43,982 nt of DNA from Tubiluchus corallicola. Its lineage: Eukaryota; Animalia; Priapulida. Shown here in pieces: positions 25,511 to 36,315 of the stretch. Below the pieces are notes generated by a model. The model made no database searches. It had not been told where the DNA came from and saw only the letters and a list, made by a program, of their open reading frames with translations. The position numbers and the translations under genes are program-made. Every line of letters begins with the position of its first letter. Position 1 is the first letter of the stretch. Location: the NCBI GenBank assembly GCA_030141605.1, contig JAQGDQ010001374.1, positions 1-43,982 on the forward strand, written 5' to 3'.

Positions 25511-25820
25511 TATAGGTTTTACACCTCAAATGTAGACACAGGAAAGTTCAAATGTGACTTAGGTAAGTCAAATGTAGACATACGAATTTCGAATGTGTTT
25601 TGGTAACTCAAATGTGACTTAGGTAAGTCAAATGTAGATGCATTACTTTGAATAAATCGGTAATTAAGTTATTTAAGTGCAAATTACAAAAAGATAAACC
25701 AAAGACAGTGCATCTATTAGGCCTATAACGTTGTTATTTTAACTTAGGAGCAATTATTAAATTGAAGTTTGAGTTACCTAAATCTACATTTGAGTCCACA
25801 TTTGACATGTAAAACCTATA
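25511..25820. mobile_element. MITE with TATAGGTTTTACA...TGTAAAACCTATA ends, copy 1
   Basis: Terminal inverted repeats and 60-bp internal subrepeats; inverted second copy at 27919..28268. Confidence 0.88.
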
Positions 25821-25895
25821 TTTTGTTAGATAATTTTATTTTGTCACTAATCTCACGGAATCAATTAATTTTAGGAAATTTGTATTAATGTCAGT

Positions 25896-26416
25896 TAAAG
25901 GAAGACCGGACGATTGTTTAGACTCAATCTCATTTTAATTTACTGTCCAAAATATACATTTTCTTGCCTATAAAAGTGAGCAATAGTTACTTATATTTGA
26001 ACATTTAGCTTAGAAATTTAATTAGCGGCAACCGAACACAGCTATTGCTTACGTCAGAAACTAACCACAGTTTGTGCAATGACAGGCATCTTCCCTTGCG
26101 CGTCAAGCACGTTTGCATAAGTGTTACTGTTTAAACGCGTGATGTCAGGAAAAATGGGCTCTACATCATATGACGTCAGAAACTAACGCTGAAGTTCACG
26201 ATCATGCTTATTACGGTACCATCTTATATTTGTCGGTCACGCGAACGCCACAAAAAGGCGCCTTTGCCAATCTTAGTAGATTCACTGAGCCGCGCGTAGC
26301 TTTGAAAGTTTAACGAAATTTGAGTATCCGAGGTAATTGTTGTTTAATCTAAGCTTTGATGTAAAAAAAGCTATTGTAGTTTTCAGTATTTTATAGCATT
26401 CTTTACTCTGAATTAA
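25896..26416. mobile_element. Dispersed element, copy 2 of 3 (TTAA at both apparent ends, possibly Kolobok-like)
   Basis: Similar to 19415..19700 and 32408..32892; begins TTAAAGG. Superfamily uncertain. Confidence 0.65.
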
Positions 26417-26980
26417 TGTTTACACAATCATCCGATTTTTCTTTAAAATGATAATGATAATACAATGCTACCATAGCTATACTGTAAATGTTAAAAGTGA
26501 CTTGTAAATACTGTTAACTGTTACAGCCCTGCAAATAGAAGGCCATTGTATATATATATATGCTCAAAATAAAGAGTTATAATAATAATAACTATGATAA
26601 TTACATCACAGCGGAGACAGAGTGATGGACGAATATGCTTGACAGCAAAAATTTGCCTTGCACATTTTTTCTGCCATACGCATGATAAAGACATTTTATC
26701 TAAGTTAGTTGTTTAGTGTTTATCGTAAACATTTTGCCTGGTCCTGTGTTTGCATTCATGCATGTTTATGTGCCAGCAACACATGAGAGCTTATCTAGAG
26801 CTTGTTTATGTGCCAACAAGACATGAGAGCTTATCTAGAGCTTTGTAGTTCACAGTTCACATTGCATGCTTAGCTGGGGTTGTATTACATGTTTAACGTA
26901 TGCAGGATGAAACCGTTCTATCGTTTTGTTTCTAATCAATGCATTATTTCAGGCTTGCAAAAGGCGGATTGTGTTGGACA

Positions 26981-27147
26981 ATGCTGAACGCAAAATTTCT
27001 GCTCTTCCTTCTCATCGTTGCTCTGTTCTCCTACTCGTACGGAGGCTTCCGGAAGAAGGCAAACATCATTTCAGTGAAAGTTTTTGACCACAAAGGCAGT
27101 TCTGATGACGGCCTTCCCGCTGAAGATACAGTCTTCAAGTCAAACTA
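26981..27147 (+). CDS. PGGHG: PGGHG/ATHL1-like GH65 glucosidase, first coding exon with signal peptide (exon starts 26953)
   Basis: MLNAKFLLFLLIVALFSYSYG signal-like peptide; ..DTVFKSN TA|gtaagc joins in phase 2 to 29067, giving VFKSNYLP. Confidence 0.75.
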
Positions 27148-27384
27148 GTAAGCGTTTATCGGTCATCGGTGTTTTAACCGGTTTTGGGTTACCTACCGGT
27201 GCGGGCGTGGTTCAGTTTACTATCCTGGGCATCCGCTGGGGAGCCCCCTGGATCAGCCCTCCAGACCTACGGTTCATTCAGAAAGTAATCGAAGGATTTG
27301 GTTTGCAGACATTTGCAGGTTTTGTTCCTTAATAGCTTTTCTAAAGTGTAAGAAGCAGAAAATTGAATCATTTAATCACGTTTT

Positions 27385-27905
27385 TTTCCTGTTCAAAAAC
27401 GCTCATTGAAAATGATTTTTCCGAATGAAAACTTTGAAAATGCTCTCATTTTGGCCAATCTTCAACACCTTTATTTAACCGAAAATTCTTGCAAAAAGTT
27501 GTTCTTATTAATTGAAAATTGTAATAATAAAATCCACACTCTGTTGCCAAATGCTCATACTCATAGATATAGTACATGCCACCATGTGAAAGACCCCTTA
27601 CCTAGATGCAGAACAGAGAGATTCAAGAGACAGTTTTGCCCTATATGGTTTATTTAATTTCTAAACATAGGTTTTAATTTTTCTTTTTGATTTATTTCAT
27701 TCTTGTAAAAGTGTAATAGTGTTTGTCACTGTATGTTCTATCTTGTTTATGCTTTAAAAGTTTTATATTTTGTAATTTTATAATTTGCTGTAATTCAAAC
27801 TTTTGGTTGTAATGATGATCATTTTTTATCTGATTTGCAGTGATTTTTTCTGATTAATTTTCTATTTTAATCAATTTCTTTTTTATGTTTACTGGTAATA
27901 AATTA
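27385..27905 (+). mobile_element. Degenerate LINE 3' fragment (L2/CR1-group ORF2 C-terminus)
   Basis: VQKRSLKMIFP...ALILANL...HTLLP...PRCRTERFK motifs, T-rich UTR, AATAAA near 27897. Confidence 0.75.
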
Positions 27906-27918
27906 GTTCTTTATATAT

Positions 27919-28268
27919 TATAGGTTTTACACGTCAAATGTAGATTTAGGTAATTCAAATGTGGCTTGGTAGCTCAAATGTAGACTTTGGTAGTTCAAAT
28001 GTGTTAACAATGGTTTTCAACAAATCTTGAGCGTTTTTGGTAAGTCAAATGTAGACACCTGTCAAGTCAAATGTCCTATGTCTACATTTGACTTACCTAA
28101 GTCACATTTGAGTTACCAAAACACATTTGAAATTCCTATGTCTACATTTGACTTACCTAAGTCACATTTGAGTTACCAAAACACATTCGAAATTTCTGTG
28201 TCTACATTTGACTTACCTAAGTCACATTTGAACTTTCCTGTGTCCAGATTTGACGTGTAAAACCTATA
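27919..28268. mobile_element. MITE with TATAGGTTTTACA ends, copy 2 (inverted relative to copy 1)
   Basis: TIRs and 60-bp subrepeats TCTACATTTGACTTACCTAAGTCACATTTG. Confidence 0.88.
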
Positions 28269-28780
28269 GTGTTGCTCCACATATCCGATGTGTATCCGAA
28301 AATGGTGATATTCGCGAGATTTTGCAGATATTCGTATCCGACATTATCCGGTAGTTATAAAAATTTGATATTCGCAAATATTAGCTATCCAGTTATCGTA
28401 ATGTGCAGCTGAAAACGGTTTTCGAATAATTTAACAGCCGAAAATAAATAAATAAATTATTACCAAAAATTTAGAGATTGTTTTAGCCTATGTTTGTGTT
28501 TTCATGTCGAGAATTTTGCGCACCTTTTTTTGTTTGCGTGTGGCAATATGGTGTATCTTCGCATAGGGTCCTTTAAGATGATAGTCTTTTTTTTGACAGA
28601 CTAAATGAAAATCCTAATATTTGCAAACATTTACTATTTTCATTGTCCGAACAGATCTGCATATTCGATTCGAATTTACGTAACCTATCCGGTTATATTC
28701 CTAGTCCAGAAGTCAATCTGAGGAAATATTCGATGATATCCGGTATTCGCTATCCCGCAAAAAAGTGCAGAGCAACACTG
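28267..28780. mobile_element. hAT-like non-autonomous element abutting the MITE
   Basis: Ends TAGTGTTGCTC...GAGCAACACTG; internal TATCCG/TATTCG subterminal motifs; TSD not clean. Confidence 0.6.
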
Positions 28781-29066
28781 TATATATATATTCCCGATTT
28801 AAAAAAATATTTTAGATTATTTTTTATCTTGGGGACATATAAAATGCAGATTTTTTTAAATTTATTGCTTCAAAATTTTTTCAGCATAGCTTACTGGCAT
28901 GAGAAACTCGGGGTTGTGAGTTCAACTCATGAATTGGCATAAAGTTTCAAAGCTCCTTTTTTCTCCTTGCGATTAAGTAACTTTCGAGCTGATGAGCTGG
29001 TTTCGATTCTTAATCTCTCAGTTTTGAGTAATTAATTATTCATCAGATTTTATTTTTCATTCTCAG

Positions 29067-29275
29067 TTTGCCGCTTGAATTGGAACGGCACATGGCGACA
29101 GTCGGTAACGGCTTCCTTTCCACTGTCGTTTACTGGAATAGGATATTTGTGAACGGAGTTTATAATGGTGCTAAGGGTAGAAGTCACCGTGCCCGCATCC
29201 CGGCTACCTGTTCACTCCGCCTGTCTGTGGATGGTTGCGCACTAACATCTAATTACGAACTAGACGTGGGCAGAG
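29067..29275 (+). CDS. PGGHG: PGGHG/ATHL1-like GH65, coding exon 2
   Basis: MATVGNGFLSTVVYWNRIFVNGVYNGAKGRSHRARIP matches the PGGHG N-terminus (ATV.N..LGT.V....L.V.GVYNG..G.THRA.LP); acceptor cattctcag, donor gttagc. Confidence 0.9.
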
Positions 29276-29498
29276 GTTAGCATCTTAGTTAATTTAGTAA
29301 TAAATAAATTGTATTATGTAAGCACATATTATATGCCAGAGTAAATGGAATCCAGGTAAAAAAAGTCCCAGGTAAAAAAGCCACAGCATAGAGTTACAGT
29401 GAAAAAATCACAGGTAAAAAGTCACAGAAAACAGTCACAGGAAAGCGTCATAGGTAAAAAGCTGTGCAATATGTGGTGGGTCGGTGACTGTTCATTGG

Positions 29499-29800
29499 AT
29501 GTTGTTGTTGTTGTTGCTGTAGTTGTTGTTGTTGCTGCTGCTCTTGTTGTTGCTGTTGTTGTTGTTGCTGCTGTTGCTGTTGTTGTTGCTGTTGTTATTG
29601 TTGTTATTGTTATTGTTGCTGCTGCTGTTGCTGCTCCTGTTGCTGTTGTTGTTGTTGTTGTTGTTGTTGTTGCTGCTGCTGCTGCTGCTGTTGCTGCTCC
29701 TGTTGTTGTTGCTGCTCCTGTTGCTGTTGTTGTTGTTGTTGTTGCTGTTGCTGCTCCTGTTGTTGTTGTTGTTGTTGTTGTTGCTGCTGCTGCTATTGTT
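29499..29800. repeat. (GTT/GCT)n trinucleotide microsatellite
   Basis: Directly visible; source of the poly-L, poly-V and poly-T ORFs. Confidence 0.97.
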
Positions 29801-30189
29801 ATAACTCCTTTATTACATGTACATACATGCACATTTAATTCCCTCTCTATTTAAGAATATCATTTTATGGTTCCACTTATATATATTAGTTGATTAACAT
29901 TGTGACGTCATATATGATAACATATTTGCATTTAGAAAATCATTATTCTTGTTTCAAAACTATTACTAGTCATGCAAGTCAAATGGGATTGTGTTATTTT
30001 AGATAAATGTGCCTCAGTGAATAGCAACAAGGTTTTTTACATTGACAGCTCCTTTGCGATTAATTCTTTTACTGGTCAAAAAGAATTTCATAATATACAC
30101 TAACGTCTCGTCATCACATGCCGGACAAAAGCGGGGAGACTTCGGTCCAAATTTGCCGATTGTCCATATTTTCCGATGCTAAGCTAATG

Positions 30190-31130
30190 TAATACTAGTA
30201 TGCGCCATTTATTAGACTCACAGTAATGTAGAAACAATCGCCTACTTGTCTCAAATATGTCTAGTATGCGCCATCTATTAGACTCACGGTAATGTAGAAA
30301 CAATCGCCTACTTGTCTCAAATATGTCTAGTATGCGCCATCTATTAGACTCACAGTAATGTAGAAACAATCGCCTAATTGTCCAAAAAATGTCTAGTATG
30401 CACCATCTATTAGACTCACAGTAATGTAAAAACAATCGCCTAATTGTCTAAAAAATGTCTAGTATGCCCCATCTATTAGACTCACAGTAATGTAGAAACA
30501 ATCGCCTACTTGTCTCAAATATGTCTAGTATGCGCCATCTATTAGACTCACAGTAATGTAGAAACAATCGCCTAATTGTCTCAAAAATGTCTAGTATGCG
30601 CCATCTATTAGACTCACAGTAATGTAGAAACAATCGCCTAATTGTCTCAAATATGTCTAGTATGCGCCATCTATTAGACTCACAGTAATGTAGAAACAAT
30701 CGCCTAATTGTCTCAAAAATGTCTAGTATGCCCCATCTATTAGACTCACAGTAATGTAGAAACAATCGCCTAATTGTCTCAAAAATGTCTAGTATGCCCC
30801 ATCTATTAGACTCACAGTAATGTAGAAACAATCGCCTAATTGTCTCAAAAATGTCTAGTATGCCCCATCTATTAGACTCACAGTAATGTAGAAACAATCG
30901 CCTAATTGTCTCAAAAATGTCTAGTATGCCCCATCTATTAGACTCACAGTAATGTAGAAACAATCGCCTAATTGTCTCAAAAATGTCTAGTATGCGCCAT
31001 CTATTAGACTCACAGTAATGTAGAATCAATCGCCTAATTGTCTCAGAAATGTCTAGTATGCGCCATCTATTAGACTCACAGTAATGTAGAATCAATCGCC
31101 TAATTGTCTCAGAAATGTCTAGTATGCGCC
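30190..31130. repeat. 66-bp minisatellite, about 14 copies
   Basis: Unit CGCCTAATTGTCTCAAAAATGTCTAGTATGCGCCATCTATTAGACTCACAGTAATGTAGAAACAAT; 22-aa periodic ORF. Confidence 0.96.
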
Positions 31131-31536
31131 ACCCTTATGCAAAGGTATAGAAAAACTGTCTGCAATTGACACAAATAATTTCGCATAATTAACTCCACTT
31201 ACACACGCTGATACTTAAACACACTGACATAAGTGTCGTTGCGTGCTGCTTGGATGTGAACAAAGTGACGGCCATCCAACTAGCTGTCAGCTGGCAAAAT
31301 AACGGACTGTGTCCGTAGTGTGCGGGACTTTCTAACTGACCAGATTTTGTCCGATTCTTCCGATTGTCGTAAAAGCGAGATCCGGCAAACCGAGACATGA
31401 GTGTATAATTTAGGCCAATTAGGCTTAAAAGTCCCTCCCTGCTTTTATAAGTGTCTCTGAGCTCCATAAATGATGCCATCTGGGATTTGCACATTACCTA
31501 GTGAGGTTATCCCTAACTAAACTGTGTCATCTAGAT

Positions 31537-31996
31537 CAGGGGTGTGCAAATTGCGACCCGCGAAGAGATTTGTCAACCTAATGAAAGTGCGGCCCGGGCG
31601 ATTAATTGAGTGTATCCAGCTGAAGTCCGTGCCACAATCCCAAAGATAGTGCGGGTAGTTTTTTCTACTAGATCGGATGCCATTAATCCTTACAAGATGG
31701 TTGTAGCTTAATGTCACTGTACTACACAGATTGTGTGATACACATTACTAATATGCATTGTAATGAAATTACCACTATCTGTCCTGAAAGTAGAAATATA
31801 TGGTTTGTAATATAAATTTTAATAACTTCTAAAATAGTTTCTTGAGTGTAGTAGTAATGATGTACGCAGGTCGGATGCAAAAAAATCGTTATTAGGCCTT
31901 TCTGTACTTGGCTCCTTGGTCAAACTGCCTGTGGCCCGCAGGAATTGTGGGAAAGTTTAATGTGGCCCGGCTAGTCTGATAATTTGCACACCCCTG
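31537..31996. mobile_element. hAT (Charlie-like) MITE, longer copy
   Basis: TIR CAGGGGTGTGCAAATT; perfect 8-bp TSD ATCTAGAT (31529-31536 and 31997-32004), matching the NTCTAGAN target preference of Charlie elements. Confidence 0.93.
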
Positions 31997-32111
31997 ATCT
32001 AGATGTTCTTGCCGAACGTACGACTTAAATTGGAAATTTTTGTCTCAAACGGCCGTTCCCGTTATCGTTGCACGTCTAAAGTTGCTTAATGAGTGTTTTG
32101 TGTGTTTCCAG

Positions 32112-32228
32112 GAGTATTTACGGAACATATGTCTCATCCCGATGTGTACATTCGGTATGAAATCTACGCCCATCGTGAGAATACGTCACTTTTAATCTGC
32201 ACTGTTAAAGCTAACGTATATAAAAAAG
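32112..32228 (+). CDS. PGGHG: PGGHG-like, coding exon 3 (GVFTEHMSHPDVYIRYEIYAHRENTSLLICTVKANVYKK)
   Basis: IYAHR motif; acceptor gtgtttccag, donor gtgagt; phase 1/1. Confidence 0.88.
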
Positions 32229-32407
32229 GTGAGTTTTGCTGATTACCAAACTATTTTGTGGTTGACTCGGCTTCTAGAGCACAGGGTTCGATTCCTGTAT
32301 TAATTATTTTAATTTTTTTCTGTATAGTCTGGTGATTGTAAGTTTTTCCAGCTGTAATTGATTAGCTAGATAATCCGACATTTTGTATAGTTTTGTTTGA
32401 GATCATT

Positions 32408-32892
32408 TTTAATGGACGTTTGATTAGACCAAATCTCCTGTCAGTTTACTGTCCAAAATATACACCTTCTTGCCTACAAAACTTGTTTAAAATATTAATT
32501 TTGTGTAATTACCTTGGAAAGTTAATTAACAGCAACCGAGCACAGCTATCGCTTACGTCACAAACTAACCTCAGTTTCTGCAATGGTAGGCATCTTCCCT
32601 ATGCATCAAGCACGTCTGCTTAAGCAACCATTGTTATAACACGCTGATGTGATGTCATGAAAATGAGTGCTACATCACAGACGAACACTGCAGTTCATGA
32701 TCATGCTTAGCGTGGTGCCGCTCCTATTTGTCAGCTACGCGAATGTGACAAAATTTCCCGTCTTGGTGGGATCGCACTTTCAAAGTTTAACAAAATTTAA
32801 CTATCCAAGATAATTATTAATTATTCTAAGCTTTGATTTAAAACGAGCTGTTATGATTTTCAGTTTTGTAGACTACATTTTACTTTGAACTA
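32408..32892. mobile_element. Dispersed element, copy 3 of 3
   Basis: Colinear similarity to 25896..26416. Confidence 0.65.
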
Positions 32893-32895
32893 GTG

Positions 32896-33395
32896 TCAGT
32901 TCAGTAACTTCAGTTGTTTTACGTGAACTTTACTTAATTATGCTTTAGTCTGTGCGTAGAGTGATTTACTAGCAGGATCTTGCTTGGGAACAACAAAGCA
33001 AAACCGTCTGTCGCATCAGTTCAGTAACTTCAGTTGTTTTACGTGAACTTTACTTAATTATGCTTTAGTCTGTGCGTAGAATGATTTACTAGCAGGATCT
33101 TGCTTGGGAACAACATAAAGCAAAACCGTCTGCCGCATCAGTTCAGTAACTTCAGTTGTTTTACGTGAACTTTACTTAATTATGCATTAGTCTGTGTGTA
33201 GAGTGATTTACTAGCAGGTTCTTGCTTGGGAACAGGAAAAAATGGACTAGGTAAGGGCCTAGCTAGCTGTTTATACTGTTCCTATGGGCTGCAAGACGTT
33301 GTCAAGTGTACACAAATGCGAAATGTGGTACACTTACTCTTTGAACCTTTTCACGATCTTCATCAATCGCCGGAACCGTGAAAAGGCTTATTCTT
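32896..33395. repeat. 120-122-bp unit x3 plus flank; block duplicated at 43086..43497
   Basis: TCAGTTCAGTAACTTCAGTTGTTTTACGTGAACTTT starts at 32896, 33016 and 33138. Confidence 0.9.
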
Positions 33396-33530
33396 ATGCC
33401 GGAACAATAAAGTCTTAGCAACCTCTTATTTTGCTGTCTTTTGTGAGCCATCATCTATGAGACAGTGTTTTGGTGTCTGGATTTACTCACATTTGTGCTT
33501 AATTTGTGACATGTGTGTTTTTGTCATTAG

Positions 33531-33618
33531 ATCTAATCCTGAGGACGAATAACCACCGTGGCAATGATAGTAGAGACTTCCGCGTGGTCGGCAGTGACAC
33601 TTATGGCATTAATAAAGC
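33531..33618 (+). CDS. PGGHG: PGGHG-like, coding exon 4 (DLILRTNNHRGNDSRDFRVVGSDTYGINKA)
   Basis: Acceptor ttttgtcattag, donor gtaagt; open in the required phase; S.DF motif at the expected position. Confidence 0.7.
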
Positions 33619-33889
33619 GTAAGTGGTTATGATTCAGTGCACTAGTTTTTCAACTCTGTCAAAACTGTCATCTGCGCTGTATAATTTTGCAACGAGTTTT
33701 TGTACGTTCTTTATTGGGAACACTGTAATAATATTTTATTCATTATGGTATGTGAGTTAAAGGCTACCCTTGCAGTCAGCATTGAATTTTGAATCACTTG
33801 TGTTTATGTAACTTGCGAATTTTCACGACTTGTTTTGTTAGAGGTGCTTTTTCGCATATGCTCGGCGCCCTCGGGAAAAGTGAAATATG

Positions 33890-34842
33890 CAGGTGAAGAG
33901 TGATTTATGCTGCTGGTGGAGAATGGCTTATGCTGTAGATGGAGAATGGCTTATGCTGTAGTTGGAGAATGGCTTATGCTGTAGATGAAGAATTGCTTGT
34001 GCTGTAGGTGGAGAATGGCTTATGCTGTAGGTGGAGAATGGCTTATGCTGTAGTTGGAGAATGGCTTATGCTGTAGGTGGAGAATTGCTTGTGCTGTAGG
34101 TGGAGAACGGCTTATGCTGTAGGTGGAGAATGGCTTATGCTGTAGTTGGAGAATTGCTTATGCTGTAGGTGAAGAATTGCTTGTGCTGTAGGTGGAGAAT
34201 GGCTTATGCTGTAGGTGGAGAATGGCTTATGCTGTAGTTGGAGAATGGCTTATGCTGTAGTTGGAGAATGACTTATGCTGTAGATGGAGAATGGCTTATG
34301 CTGTAGGTGGAGAATGGCTTATGCTGTAGGTGGTGAATGGCTTATGTTGTAGATGGAGAATGGCTTATGCTGTAGGTGAAGAATGGCTTATGCTGTAGTT
34401 GGAGAATGACTTATGCTGTAGATGGAGAATGGCTTATGCTGTAGGTGGAGAATTGCTTATGCTGTGCTGTTAGTGGGGAATGGCTTATGCTGTAGGTGGA
34501 GAATGGCTTATGCTGTAGGTGGAGAATGGCTTGTGCTATAGGTGGAGAATGGCTTGTGCTGTAGATGGAGAATGGCTTATGCTGTTAGTGGTGAATGGCT
34601 TATGCTGTTGATGGAGAATGGCTTATGCTGCTGGAGAATGGCTTATGCTGTAGATGGAGAATGGCTTATGCTGTAGATGGAGAATGGCTTATGCTGTGCT
34701 GTTAGTGGGGAATGGCTTATGCTGTAGGTGGAGAATGGCTTGTGCTGTAGGTGGAGAATGGCTTGTGCTGTAGATGGAGAATGGCTTATGCTGCTGGAGA
34801 ATGGCTTATGCTGTAGATGGAGAATGGCTTATGCTGTAGGTA
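33890..34842. repeat. 23-bp minisatellite GGAGAATGGCTTATGCTGTAG(G/A/T)T, array 1
   Basis: Directly visible, about 40 copies. Confidence 0.96.
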
Positions 34843-35577
34843 AAGAATTACTATATAATGCCATATATATTGCAACTGCTCTCTTCATGCAACTTGGTAA
34901 AATATTTCACAATAATTGCTGTATGTAAAGGCAAATCACAACGTTATGACACCATTAGCTGACATATCAGCCTGCACATCTCTCTTACGGATTTATGATT
35001 ATTTAAATTATGAAGCGCAGTACATAACTAAGTTGTAATTTATCAGTATTACCTATGTGGTTGTTGTGAATTACATGTATTTACATAATGCTTATATCCA
35101 AAGCATGCTGAACAAGTGCTTGTGGTGTACTACCATTTTTGAATTAAACCTTTGTTTTCTATTATAACACTTATATAAAAACGGCCTCCGAAACTAAGTG
35201 AATTATGAAATACGTGCTTTAGATGAAAGAATGTGCATTTCCCTCAAAATTTGGTGCCCTAGTTTGCCTATAGATAAATGCGCCCTGTAAACAAGTACCA
35301 CCTTCTAAGGTGCTAGCAGGTTAGCTCGGGAACGTCTTATACATGCGCAAGGAAATAGTAAATGGTAAAAGAGTTTAATTATGAATTTGTTCTCACTATA
35401 AGTTTGTGGTTTCTTAGCCTTGCTGCCTGACTCATGTGGCAGTTCACTAGTTTAAAGTTATGAAAAGAAAAACATCCTTAGAACTTTTGTACAGTTTTTT
35501 TAAATGTTGATTTCGTTTTTCTTTTTCTCCTAAGTATAATATACTCCTAAAGTATATAAAATAGCAGCACTGTTCAA

Positions 35578-35685
35578 ATCACGTTGAAAACACCGGTTCT
35601 CGTCTGATCACCGAAGTTAAGCAACGTGGAGCCTGGTTAGTACTTGGATTGGTGACCCCCTAGGAATACCATGTGCTGTAGGCTT
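35578..35685 (+). pseudogene. 5'-truncated 5S rRNA copy (pseudogene or 5S-derived SINE head)
   Basis: ATCACGTTGAAAACACCGGTTCTCGTCTGATCACCGAAGTTAAGCAACGTGGAGCCTGGTTAGTACTTGGATTGGTGACCCCCTAGGAATACCATGTGCTGTAGGCTT follows invertebrate 5S. The first ~12 nt are absent, there are several substitutions, and there is no oligo-T terminator. Confidence 0.9.
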
Positions 35686-35754
35686 GCGGGATGCTCACAC
35701 TGTACCTCGACACTAGGCGGAGGAGCTGCACAAGGCAGCCAATGGCTAGAGGGC

Positions 35755-36315
35755 TACTACACAAACAAAAATGTTTCTGGTAGACAGTTATTATCTATAT
35801 TATGCTCAAAACAGGCATTTTGCATAAACAAACCTAATTTCAAAGTATTAACTTTTAAACACTGTGATATGTTAGTCAAGAATTTGATGATTCTACACAA
35901 AATAATGCAACGTATGCAAGTTTAAGACTATCAACACCAGTGACTCAGGAAAGGCAGTTTCAATTTAAAAGAAGGATACAGAACATTTTACCATCATTTG
36001 GAGAAATATTTAAAAGCAGCTCAGTACTGGCAGCATTCTTCGTTACTTTGTGGTGAAATTTGGATGAAAGTTTATTGCCTTATTACTAAATATTCTATAT
36101 CAAGTTTTGCTAATTCTGAATTACTATTAGAACTATTGTTGCTCGGTCTTAGTTACTTACAACAAACTAGACAATTCTTAGTGATCTATAAATCTGCTTT
36201 TATTCTACACGACAAAACTGAAACTGTGAATTAATCTTAGCTTGGTTCAAGTTGAGAAACGTGGCTGGACCATTTCAGAAGAGACAACTTTGATTTTGTT
36301 GCTGTTTCAATTATT
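35755..36315 (+). repeat. Near-identical duplicate of the region immediately 5' of the LRR CDS (38173..38668)
   Basis: TACTACACAAACAAAAATG...CCATTTCAGAAGAG.CAACTTT shared; duplicated MEKYLKAAQYWQ pseudo-ORFs. Confidence 0.92.

Noticed and set aside
30448-31095. 22-aa repeat protein (HYCESNRW...)
   Set aside because: Intronic satellite partly derived from a non-coding repeat, with internal stops and no ATG start.
32255-32300. tRNA gene (GGTTCGATTCC B-box)
   Set aside because: No cloverleaf or clear A-box; at most a SINE remnant.
33842-33892. Next PGGHG exon (AGAFSHMLGALGKSEIC)
   Set aside because: In phase with a good acceptor, but the donor (gtgaag) is weak, it overlaps the satellite edge and similarity is marginal; left uncalled.
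35578-35685. Functional 5S rRNA gene
   Set aside because: The 5' strand of helix I is missing, substitutions disrupt pairing, there is no terminator and it is not in a tandem array.
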